This document shows positions 50,430 to 59,787 of a DNA stretch of 64,000 nt, piece after piece (within the stretch, counting starts at the first letter, position 1; each line of letters starts with the position of its first letter). Below the pieces are notes generated by a model. It was not told the origin of the DNA, did not search any database, and worked only from the letters and a program-made list of their open reading frames with translations. Source of the stretch: a bacterium (GTDB lineage Bacteria > UBA8248 > JACPRG01 > G963555815); contig OZ244653.1 in NCBI GenBank assembly GCA_965218795.1, positions 1,824,001 to 1,888,000 of the forward strand. Reading direction: 5' to 3'. The position numbers and the translations under genes are program-made.

Positions 50430-51030
50430 GAGGCCTCGCTCTCCATCTGACGCAACGCCTCCTAAATGCACCAGTTCCTGGAACGGGGTATTCCGAAGGC
50501 GCTGGGATTCAGGGCTCGGAGAAGCTCGCCGAGTTGCTCGGCTGCGAGGCCGAGGAGCTGCGCCCGGAGACGATCCCCAAGCGCAAGCCCTGGGCGCGGA
50601 AGAAACGCCCGAAGTCCCCGGAGGCTCCGGCCCAGCTGTCAGCGGTGGTTCCCGAGATGGAGATCGAGGCCGCGCCGGGGTGAGGGTATTCAATGAGGAG
50701 TTCGTTCAGGAGAAAGCGCGCTGGCGGATCCCCGAAGGCATGATCCGCCACCAGGGCGACGCCGTCCCTGAGAACCTGCGCATCCTCCGGGTACGGGGCA
50801 ACTCGATGGAGCCCGAGATGCGCGAGGGCGATCGGCTGCTGGTTGACACCGGAAGGTGCAGGCTGACCACAGGAGAGATGTTCGTGCTCTGGGACAACAA
50901 CGGTCTCGTGGCCAAGCGGGTTGAGGCTCTAAGGAGCGAGCCAAGGCAGCTCAAGCGGCTCTCCGCCAACCCGGACTACGAGTCCTATACCTGCCTCGCC
51001 GAGGATGGCATATCGTCGGCAAGGTGGTCT
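50430..51030 (+). pseudogene. CI/LexA-like repressor with S24 peptidase domain, frameshifted
   Basis: HQFLERGIPKAL, LAELLGC, LRVRGNSMEPEMREGDRLLVD, VAKRV, LSANPDY spread over different frames; divergent from the Cro-like remnant. Confidence 0.75.
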
Positions 51031-51711
51031 CTGGGCTCTGCGGAGGATGTGATCGTCACACTGGATCAGAGAGGATGGGCAGGATTTCGGACAAGAATGG
51101 GAATATGACTGGTTCCGGACGAAGCCCCAGACATGAAGTGACGGAGTCCCCGACGGATACCCCTGGACGATGGCGCCTCGAAAGCCGATCTCACGGCACA
51201 TCAATCGAAAATGGCGGCGCTCGGCAACGATCTGGCCTTTGAGATCGATTGTATTGAGGACTAGATCGGTGTCCGGGGAGCGGTTCACGTGAATCAGCCG
51301 GACCAAAGGTTTGGTGGGCGTGGGAATCCGAATCTTTCTGGTCAGGCCGTGTCACGGATAGGCGACAACAGCGACTGCAATATAATCAAGGCTGGGGAAC
51401 AGATCCCGCTTCCGTTGGCTGGCAGCATGCCGGCCAAGGCAGGCATCTCGACATCCCGAGATATGATCGATTCTCGTACTTACACAGTGGCCGATGAGAA
51501 GGATCACTCCTTCGGGAAAGTTCGATCCCATGTGACCTTGGAAATTGAGGCGCTAAGCGCCTCAGCGGAGAGAGCGCAGAGCGAGACGATGATGAAAGCG
51601 TCGATTGAACGCCATCGGAAGGACTAACCTGATGCTGTTTCCGTGCGCCTTTGGAGGGAGTCAACCGTGGTATATTCCGCCGGCTTGCTCCAATACCCAG
51701 CCAGGATCCGA

Positions 51712-54700
51712 ATGGCCATCCTGAGAAACGATATCGAAAGGGCTCTCGATGAACTCACCTCTCAAGAGGAGGGGATGCGTTTTCAGGGGCTGGCGGTAGT
51801 ACTCGGCAAGAAGCGCTGGCCCGAACTCATCGCGCGCCAGCGCAAGAAGGATTTCGGCCTTGATGCTTACGCGCCTGCAAGCCTGACGCCGGAGAAATTC
51901 GGCAAGGGACTCGCCGCCTCGATCACACCAACGCTGCAGAAAGTTTCTCACGACGTAACGGAGGCCAAGAAAAAATTTCCTGATCTAAAAACGCTTCTCT
52001 TCGTGACGCCTGCCAAAGTGGGCAACCTGAAACGAAAACAATGGGAAGAGGCAATTCAGAAGGACCACGATCTCGAACTTCATATCATTGAGCGTGAGGA
52101 AATCATCACGCTGATGCTGATGCCGGAGAACGCATCGCTTTGCGCCAGCTTCCTCTACCTCGAGATCCATGCCGAACCGGAGATCGCAGACCTCATTGAA
52201 AGAACGAGGCGTGCGGCCGCTGTTGTCACGCGGACCTGGGCTGAGAAAACGAAAGGACATCCGCTCATCGATCTCACAGCGGTGCGGCTTGACCCGAATG
52301 GTGCGGAGTCTGCCGACGTGCTGTCGCTTGAGCAGATCGACCGGGCGCTGTCGCAGAGCGGCCGCATCGTTCTCGAAGGGCCCGCCGGGCGTGGAAAAAC
52401 AACGACGCTGATACAGCTCGCGCAGCGTACACGCACCGCCGGCATACCGTTCATAGTCGAACTTTCGGCGTGGACGACGTCGCGCCGGAACATTCTCGAA
52501 TACATTGCCGGCATGCCTGCGTTCCAGGCCGAACGTCTCGCACCAGCCGACCTCGCGTGGGTGCAGCAGACGGAACCATTCCTGTTGTTGTTGAACGGCT
52601 GGAATGAAATTACGGAGTCGAGTTCTGCGCAAGCACACGATGCACTCCGGGAACTCGAGCGGAATTTTCCGAGCGCGGGCATCATCGTCGTTACCCGCAC
52701 GCACCATTTGGCCCCACCGCTGCCCGGCGCATTGCGGCTCCGGTTGTTGCGCCTTCGACGCGTGCAGCGTGCAGCTTACCTGGCAGCCCGCCTTGGCGCG
52801 AAAAGCGTCGAACTCCGTGCCCGCATTGATGCCGACCCGTCGCTCGATGGCCTGACACGCACGCCGTTCATCCTCTCGGAAGTCGCTTCTCTGTTTGAAG
52901 CCGGCGCCGAAATTCCCTCCATGAAGTTCGGCGTTCTCGCCCAAGTTCTACGTCTGCAAGAACAACGAGACGAACACAGAAACTCGCTACAAGCCGCTCC
53001 GATCTTCGGTCAGCAAACGGACTACCTGAAAGCTCTCGCAACTGAGATGACACGCCGCGGTGCAGTGGCAATGTCCGAGGCTGATGCGCGCGCTGTAGTT
53101 GCCACCGTCGCACGAGATCTTTTGGACCGTGGGCAGATCGAGCGGGCGGGAGCGCCGGCGGTCCTCGCGAGCCTCACGGCGCACCACCTTCTTGAGCGCG
53201 TTGAGTATCCGGAAACTGTGTTTCAATTCGAGCATCAGCAGTTTCAGGAGTATTACGCAGCGCTCGACGTCCGCGCGCGGCTTCTCGACCTGCGGGACGA
53301 TGACCACGACACGACCGAGCGCTTCACTGACGACTACGTGAACTATCCGGCATGGGCCGAATCTCTGCGCATGATCGCTGAGACTCTTGCCGAACAGACC
53401 GGCAATGAAGGAACCGACAGGCGAAACATCTGCGCTAGCGTGAAGCTGGTGAATATGGCGCTGGTGGTCGACTTGGTATTCGCCGGTGAGCTTGCGCAGG
53501 TTTGCGGCGCGGCCGTCTGGAATGAAGTTCGCGCCGTGGTGGGCGAGACCTTCCGCGCCGCGTACGCGATCCCCGACGGGAACTATCAGCAGTATGCCAT
53601 CGCCGCTATGCTTACGACTGGCGCGGACGACTTCCGCGACATCATCCTGCCGCTTTTGTCGGGACAAGATCAGCAAACGCGGCTAAGCACGTACCGGATC
53701 TGGCCTGACATCAAGCTCTCGTCTCTTGGATCGAACTGGCGCGAGCAGGTGCGCGGCTGGAGCGATGAGGCGCGAGCGGATTTCGTCTCCGAACTGCTTC
53801 ATCATCGTGTCGATGGCGAGATAGCATCCTTCGCTGTGGTGGACAACAGCGTCGCGGTGAAGAAGGCGGCGGTCTCCGGCCTCATGTGGACCGGGTCTGA
53901 CGACGCGCTGACCCGCGTCCTTGAGTCCATGGATGCGCAGACTTTCGAGGATGTTGCGAGCGAGAATGCCGATCGTATGCCCCTGGCCCTCAGGCCCAAG
54001 GCTATCGCAGCGATGCGGAAGCTTATCGCCAGTACGGCCGACTATTCTGTCCGCCTGCGCACTGCGCTTCATCTGATCGAGCTCGGCGAGCCAGGCCTGG
54101 ACCGCATCGTCAAGGACGCGATGGCGGCATTGCCCGGCGGTGACATGCGCAAACTGAATTCGCACCTCATCCGAACGGCGCTTGAGTATCTGCGTGATAC
54201 CGATCCCGCTTGGACCAGCGAGTGGGTGGTAATCCGGATTGCCGAAGGCATCCTTTACGGGCATGAGGAATGGTTGCCCTTCGCCACCGTTATTCCCGAT
54301 GAATTCGTGGAGACCTACCTGCACCGCCTCGAGACCGAAGACCTCAACAACTCGCGCTTTGAGGGGATGATTGCGGTTATCGCTACGCAGGCGGATGCAA
54401 AGCTTGCGGCGCGGGTGTTTGCGAAGCTGCGCGAGTTGCGGTGCAAGTTGGATGCGGAACCCGACAAGCGGCACGAATTCGAGTGGCAGGTGATGAGGCA
54501 GCTGGAGGCTGTGTTTCGTGGTCTTCCCGGCGACGTCGTCGCGGCCGGCATCCTCTCGTCCGTCATGAGCGGCGACCCCCTCGACATCAAAGTCGCGGCG
54601 AACCTTCTTAGTAGAGTCGCCAGATCCGATCTGGAACCGTTGCGCGTCGCCGACGACGACCTAAAGGGACGCCTCCGCGCATACCTGAAGAGCAGCGTCA

Positions 54701-56220
54701 ATCTTGTGCTCCGCCAGGACGACTTCAACGGCGAGGAGAAAGCCAATCTGGCGTCGTCGATTGCACAGGTCGGAACAGCCGAAGACATGGCGGACTTGGT
54801 GACGCTCATCCGCGCCGACATCGAGAGGATACGCCGAGGCCGGGCCGCACGAGCGGCTGGCGACCGTGGACCTCTCGGCAATGACAGCAGCATGAGCTAC
54901 GCTGGATGGCACATCTCCGCCGTCATGCACCTCGATCCGACCGGAGCCGATCAGGTCCTCATTGACCTGCTTCCCGAGCCGGAATACTCCTCCGACGCTG
55001 CGGCAGCGATGGCGCGAGACTTCGTGTCAAAGCCGGAGCATTCCTTCGATCGGGGGTTCCGGTACGACTTGATATGGGACGCGCGCGAATGCCGCACTCC
55101 CCCGCTTGACGACGACCAGCGGCGCACACGGTTCGTCGCTGCACTCAATGCCGAGATCGATCGCCTGCGAGAGCAGAATCAAGACGGGAAACCCGCCGCC
55201 GGTCTTAAAAAGCTTGCACAGGTACTTGCCGCAATTGACGGCAGCAGTTCGGCGGCAGCGGTGCTCGACGTAATTGCCATGCCTAGTGAATGGGACCAAG
55301 GCACCAGTCTCGACGCCGCTGAGCGCTTATTGATGGCGGGTGTCGTATTGCCCGCGACCACCGCGTTCGCTCTGGTCGATTCCATCCTCAAGCGGACAGA
55401 GAAGTGGATGCAAAATTCAGACAGATACCTTCTGCGCCGCTTACTCGCTCTCTGCCCCTTCGTTGACGACCCTGTGGCAGGGATCGCCAAGATACGCGAG
55501 GTGATCGGCAAGCGCCGGCTCGGGGCATACGAACTGCGCGAGGTCATCACCGCTCTCGGCGAGAGCCGATCGGATGACGCCATCGACCTTCTGTACAAGC
55601 TCACCTCCGATGCGCAGATGTTCGAGCAATGCGAGGACAATTTCATCAACGCCATCGCCGCGCTCGATACGCCGCGCGCACGCGAACTGCTCCTGGGTTT
55701 TGTCGATCCAGACATACGCGCCATCGCACTGTCACGCCGTCCTGACCACGAGGACTTGCTGGTCGCGCGGCTCACGGAACTAGCCCAGCGCAGGCCGGCG
55801 GTGGCAGCGCGGTTGCGGGAATTGTGCGAACGCGAACTGCCAGAAATCAATCGGCACGTCCTCTCGAAAGTCATGGGCTGGTTCGGAACGCCCGAGGCCC
55901 TGACCGCCAATCTGAACCTGATCGATGACGCTAAGCCCTCGTCGGTTCCGCAAGGCGTCTGGGACCAACTCGAAAGCGCTTTCGTCGAGCGACAACCTTA
56001 CGGGCAAAATCCCAACGTCTTTACGGTACACGCACGAGCCTCAAACGAACTGCGCGCCCGGCTGCTCAGAATGGCGCTTGAGGACCGTAAACGTCGAAAA
56101 TCCGCCTTCATTCTTCTAGGACAAATCGAGGTATGGCGCCTTGAGCATGGCAGGCCGACGGACGAACCGCGTCACCCCGATCTCGCATCCGGCCAGTATT
56201 GGCCGCCCAAGGAGTTCTGA
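51712..56220 (+). CDS. large NACHT/STAND NTPase with N-terminal restriction-endonuclease-like domain (Avs-like defence candidate)
   Basis: N-terminal FQGLA...KDFGLDA...LLFVTP; Walker A GPAGRGKTT; LLLLNGWNE; VVTR; RTPFILS; FEHQQFQEYYAA; long helical C-terminus. Confidence 0.8.
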   Translation: MAILRNDIERALDELTSQEEGMRFQGLAVVLGKKRWPELIARQRKKDFGLDAYAPASLTPEKFGKGLAASITPTLQKVSHDVTEAKKKFPDLKTLLFVTPAKVGNLKRKQWEEAIQKDHDLELHIIEREEIITLMLMPENASLCASFLYLEIHAEPEIADLIERTRRAAAVVTRTWAEKTKGHPLIDLTAVRLDPNGAESADVLSLEQIDRALSQSGRIVLEGPAGRGKTTTLIQLAQRTRTAGIPFIVELSAWTTSRRNILEYIAGMPAFQAERLAPADLAWVQQTEPFLLLLNGWNEITESSSAQAHDALRELERNFPSAGIIVVTRTHHLAPPLPGALRLRLLRLRRVQRAAYLAARLGAKSVELRARIDADPSLDGLTRTPFILSEVASLFEAGAEIPSMKFGVLAQVLRLQEQRDEHRNSLQAAPIFGQQTDYLKALATEMTRRGAVAMSEADARAVVATVARDLLDRGQIERAGAPAVLASLTAHHLLERVEYPETVFQFEHQQFQEYYAALDVRARLLDLRDDDHDTTERFTDDYVNYPAWAESLRMIAETLAEQTGNEGTDRRNICASVKLVNMALVVDLVFAGELAQVCGAAVWNEVRAVVGETFRAAYAIPDGNYQQYAIAAMLTTGADDFRDIILPLLSGQDQQTRLSTYRIWPDIKLSSLGSNWREQVRGWSDEARADFVSELLHHRVDGEIASFAVVDNSVAVKKAAVSGLMWTGSDDALTRVLESMDAQTFEDVASENADRMPLALRPKAIAAMRKLIASTADYSVRLRTALHLIELGEPGLDRIVKDAMAALPGGDMRKLNSHLIRTALEYLRDTDPAWTSEWVVIRIAEGILYGHEEWLPFATVIPDEFVETYLHRLETEDLNNSRFEGMIAVIATQADAKLAARVFAKLRELRCKLDAEPDKRHEFEWQVMRQLEAVFRGLPGDVVAAGILSSVMSGDPLDIKVAANLLSRVARSDLEPLRVADDDLKGRLRAYLKSSVNLVLRQDDFNGEEKANLASSIAQVGTAEDMADLVTLIRADIERIRRGRAARAAGDRGPLGNDSSMSYAGWHISAVMHLDPTGADQVLIDLLPEPEYSSDAAAAMARDFVSKPEHSFDRGFRYDLIWDARECRTPPLDDDQRRTRFVAALNAEIDRLREQNQDGKPAAGLKKLAQVLAAIDGSSSAAAVLDVIAMPSEWDQGTSLDAAERLLMAGVVLPATTAFALVDSILKRTEKWMQNSDRYLLRRLLALCPFVDDPVAGIAKIREVIGKRRLGAYELREVITALGESRSDDAIDLLYKLTSDAQMFEQCEDNFINAIAALDTPRARELLLGFVDPDIRAIALSRRPDHEDLLVARLTELAQRRPAVAARLRELCERELPEINRHVLSKVMGWFGTPEALTANLNLIDDAKPSSVPQGVWDQLESAFVERQPYGQNPNVFTVHARASNELRARLLRMALEDRKRRKSAFILLGQIEVWRLEHGRPTDEPRHPDLASGQYWPPKEF

Positions 56221-56353
56221 CTTTCCTCCTTGGCCCAAAGGGGCAGTTACCCCCCTGTCGTCCATATCGCAGTGCGCAACTTCCTCGTGTTCCGACATCG
56301 CGATCATGTTCACTTATTGCTTGGTGGACACCAAACCGGGGGCCATTCATGGT

Positions 56354-56985
56354 TGACCTGCCCCCTTTAACCGGAGCCATTTGCTGAGTTAGTGTATTTC
56401 GGCATTTGGGTCATTGAGGAGGGGGATCAGCTGCCCAGGAAACGTTTTACGGTCGAGCAGATCATCAATCATCTTCGGGAGGCGGAAGTGCTGCTGGCAC
56501 AGGGCCAGCGGGTTGGCGAGCTCTGTCGTCGGATAGGCATCACGGAGCAGACGTTTTACCGGTGGCGCCGCGAGTATGGCGGCCTGAAGCTGGACCAGGC
56601 GAAGCGTCTGAAGGTGCTAGAGCAGGAGAATGCCCGGCTCAAGCGTGCGGTTGCCGATCTGACGCTGGACAAGTTGATCCTGAAGGAAGCTGTTGAGGGA
56701 AACTGGTAAGCCCCGAGCGTCGCCGACGCTGTGTGTCCTACGTGATGGAACGCTACCCTGTTTCCGAACGTCGGGCCTGCATGGTCCTGGGCCAGTCGCG
56801 CACGAGCCAGCGCTACAGTCCGATCATCGTGGAGGAGGCCGGTCCGTTGGCGGCGGCGATCATCCGCTTGGCTGGTCAGTATGGCCGTTATGGCTATCGC
56901 CGGGTGACGGCGTTGCTTCGAGCAGAAGGTTGGCGCGTGAACCACAAGCGGGTGGAACGGTTCTGGCGGCGGGAGGGGCCCCAGC
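56354..56985 (+). mobile_element. IS3-family (IS407 group) element truncated in orfB
   Basis: left end TGACCTGCCCCC; orfA 56431-56709 (FYRWRREYGG, LEQENARLK); GGGAAAC frameshift window; orfB YGRYGYRRV...VNHKRVER.WRREG, then homology stops. Confidence 0.85.
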
Positions 56986-57336
56986 GAGGCATGGCTCGGC
57001 GCCGGCTGTCATGGGATATTGATGGTTCGTGAGGACGCATGGCGGATGAGCCGGGACGGGACGATCCCGGGTAGGTTCGAGAGGGTTTCCGGAGCGTTCC
57101 CATCCCGCCCGGCTCTGGCTGGCGGCCTTCGTGGCCGATGGAAATCATCGAGAGATGGACACCGGCCTTGACGACCATGCCGGCTAGCGCAGGGTGGTCA
57201 ACTCATCAAGGGAAAATATGGGAAACCGTATCTATGACCAGGTGGGTTGCGGAGGTTGAACCCTTCACCGAAACGGAACATCATTGTCGCTCTCACCCGG
57301 GCGCAGGCAAACGAAGTCGTGTACATGATCGATGCG

Positions 57337-57361
57337 TCGTGTTGCAATAGTGTTGACAATT
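57337..57361 (+). promoter_or_regulatory. putative integrase arm-type binding sites, right end
   Basis: TCGTGTTGCAATAGTGTTGACAATT, matching 24428-24453. Confidence 0.65.
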
Positions 57362-57433
57362 ATTATCTAGAAAATCTATTTCTAAATAAATCCATTATAT
57401 TCAATAGTTTATGTTGAATATAAAGTATTGAAT

Positions 57434-57449
57434 ACATGTTCGAGAAGCA
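57434..57449 (+). repeat. right attachment-site core
   Basis: ACATGTTCGAGAAGCA at the AT-rich to GC-rich switch. Confidence 0.85.
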
Positions 57450-57663
57450 CGCGACGAAGGGCCGGCTGGTCTATGTGGCGGGCAAGCTGCAGACCCGTCG
57501 CTGGAAGAAGGACGACGAGGACTCCGACCGGTTCTCGACCGAGATCCTGCTGGTTCCGGGCGGGCGCGTGCAGTTCCTCGACAAGCCCAACGGCAACGGC
57601 GCGCCGGTCGCGGGGGCGGAGACGCCGTCCGCCGAAGCGCCCATGGACGACATCCCGTTCTGA
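57436..57663 (+). pseudogene. ssb: 3' half of the interrupted ssb
   Basis: MFEKHATKGRLVYVAGKLQTRRW...DDIPF continues exactly where 24079-24290 stops. Confidence 0.9.
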
Positions 57664-57691
57664 GCGCGCATTCCGTTTCCTCTCTCTACCC

Positions 57692-57724
57692 GGGCCGGCG
57701 CTTCGCGCGTCGGCCCTTTTTCTT
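57692..57724 (+). terminator. intrinsic terminator after ssb
   Basis: GGGCCGGCGC-TTCGC-GCGTCGGCCC followed by a T tract; equivalent hairpin after the inner ssb. Confidence 0.55.
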
Positions 57725-57857
57725 GCTGCCCGTTCCGAGACAGCGCCCGTTCGGGCCTCGCGCCGGCGCTACGCGCGGCGCTTTGTCCTCCGGCGCCGGC
57801 CGGAGGCGGAGGCCGGCCGGTATCGGGCGTTCCCCGTCCATCCAGAGGAGGCTCGTC

Positions 57858-58780
57858 ATGCCGCCCCCATCGTCCCGTTCCGCATCTCCCGCCGCCGACA
57901 TCGCCGCCGCGCTCGGCGCGCGCGCCGAGGCCGTCTGCCGGCGTTACCTGCCCCAGGGCCGCAAGCAGGGCCGGTACTGGGTCGCCGGCGATCTCGAAGG
58001 CGCTCGCGGGCGCTCGCTCTTCGTCCGCCTGCACGGTCCCGGGGTCCCCGGGAAGTGGACCGACGCGGCCACTGGAGAGCACGGCGACCTGCTCGATCTC
58101 GTCCGGTATCGCTCGGGCGCGCCGAGGCCCGCGCCTTCCTCGCCCTGCCGGCTCCGCCGGCGTCGGGCAAGAGCTACGACGCAACAGAAGCGGCCCGCCG
58201 CCTCTGGCGGCGTTGCCGCGCCATCCACGGCACCCATGCGGAGGCCTATCTCCGCGCCCGCGGGCTCGCGCGCTGCCGGTTCCCGGCATTGCGCTTCCAT
58301 CCCGAGCTTCGCTATCGCGAAGGCTCTTCCCTGCGCCGTTTTCCGGCGCTGGTCGCCGCCGTGACCGGCGACGACGGCGCCATCCACGGCGTGCAGCGCA
58401 CCTGGCTCGATCCGCGCTTGCCCGCCAAGGCGGACGTCGCGGCCCCGCGCAAGGCGCTCGGCCGCATCCACGGACGCGCCGTGCGCTTCGGCAGGCCCGC
58501 CGCCGCCGCTTCGCTGCTCGTCGGCGAAGGCATCGAGACCGTTCTGTCGATCGTCACCGCGGTGCCCGGGGTCATTTCGGCCGCCGCGCTCTCGGCCGGA
58601 AGCCTCGGCGCGTTCGCTCCGCCTGGCGGCGTCGCCGCCCACGTCATCGTCTCCGAATACGGCGACTTCAACGACGACCTCGTTGCACTCGGACCCCGGG
58701 TCCTGTCCCTTCGGCTCGCCGCCCTGTTCCCCGCGCCGCAGCGGGTCGGAGAGAGGGAGGGGAGAGCCGGGGAGGGGTGA
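57858..58780 (+). pseudogene. Toprim-domain protein, frameshifted and internally deleted, outer copy
   Basis: same motifs as the inner copy; frame change near 58120; lacks the RDNDSEG segment. Confidence 0.75.
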
Positions 58781-58804
58781 ACGGATCCAAAGGAGAAACG
58801 GAGC

Positions 58805-59140
58805 ATGGCGCACATCGTCAATCTCAGGCATGCGCCCGCCCTGCGGGCGGCGCTCGACGGCAAGGCGGAGCACGGCGGGACCGTGCGGATCGACCGCCGC
58901 TTTCAATGGGGAAACCGGTTCCGCATCGGCCCGGACGGACCGCGCGATGAAGTGATCGCGCGCTATCGCGCCGATCTCTGGCGCCGCATTCGCGCCGCCG
59001 AGGTCGGGCTCGACGAACTCGCCGCCCTTCACGGCAAGCCGCTGGCCTGCCGGTGCGCGCCGCTGCCCTGCCATGGGCAGGTCCTCGCCCGCGCCGCGGC
59101 ATGGGCGGCCTCCGTTCTGGCGGAACGGAGGGGAGAGTGA
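58805..59140 (+). CDS. DUF4326-domain protein
   Basis: RIDRRFQWGNRFRIGPDG.RDEVIARY...LHGKPLACRCAPLPCHGQVL. Confidence 0.8.
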   Translation: MAHIVNLRHAPALRAALDGKAEHGGTVRIDRRFQWGNRFRIGPDGPRDEVIARYRADLWRRIRAAEVGLDELAALHGKPLACRCAPLPCHGQVLARAAAWAASVLAERRGE

Positions 59141-59787
59141 AGCGGGAGAGGGGCGAACGCCGCGAGGAGGGAGAGAGAGGGCCCCGGGCATCGGCAACAC
59201 GGAAGGAGAACCGAAATGCAATCCGTTACCTTGAGGAGCATCGCCCGTACGAGTCCAGGGTCTACCACGATGGCAATCTCGCCTGCGAGGTTGCGGAGCG
59301 ACTCGTCGATACGCGTCCGTTGCGGTGACGGGCCATGCCGTCTTCGGGCGATCCCTTCGGGCCGGGCTCTCCGCTGCAATCTCCGCTTGCCGGCGCCCGA
59401 GACCCGCGTCTCAATTCCGGAACCGCCCAGGGCGTCCACGCCAGTGGCTAACAAACACTACTCCTCCCGACGTGATGGCCCATTGTCCCACACGTGCTCG
59501 CTGCGCCAACCCCTAAGGGGTCCTACTCTCCGCTACGCTCCGTTCCGGCCTTGGCTCGCAAGGCTACGGCGCTGAAGCGCCTAGGCGCGCCGAGAAACGC
59601 GACCGAGGCTCCGCGCTCCCTGCGGTCGCTTGTGCGCCCGCACCACTCGCGCCCCTCGCCGCGCCAGGCCTTGCGGCCACGGTGGCTTTGCTGCGCGCGC
59701 GTGGGCCATTCAACCATCACGTCCGGAGACTCTCTCCGCACAACGAACCGTAACGGTTCTCTACACTCAATCCATAAGGAGAGCATC

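Larger units (their letters stand above)
24275..57446. mobile_element. ~33 kb integrative defence element inserted in ssb
   Basis: direct repeat ACATGTTCGAGAA at both ends, complementary ssb halves outside, integrase next to the left end, paired GTGTTG..AA arm-like repeats near both ends. Confidence 0.88.

Noticed and set aside
49785-51030. Prophage call based on CI/Cro/Xis-like genes
   Set aside because: No terminase, capsid, tail or lysis genes anywhere in the window.
51050-51640. Short ORFs upstream of the NACHT gene as partner genes
   Set aside because: No recognisable motifs, RBS or consistent frame; likely debris.
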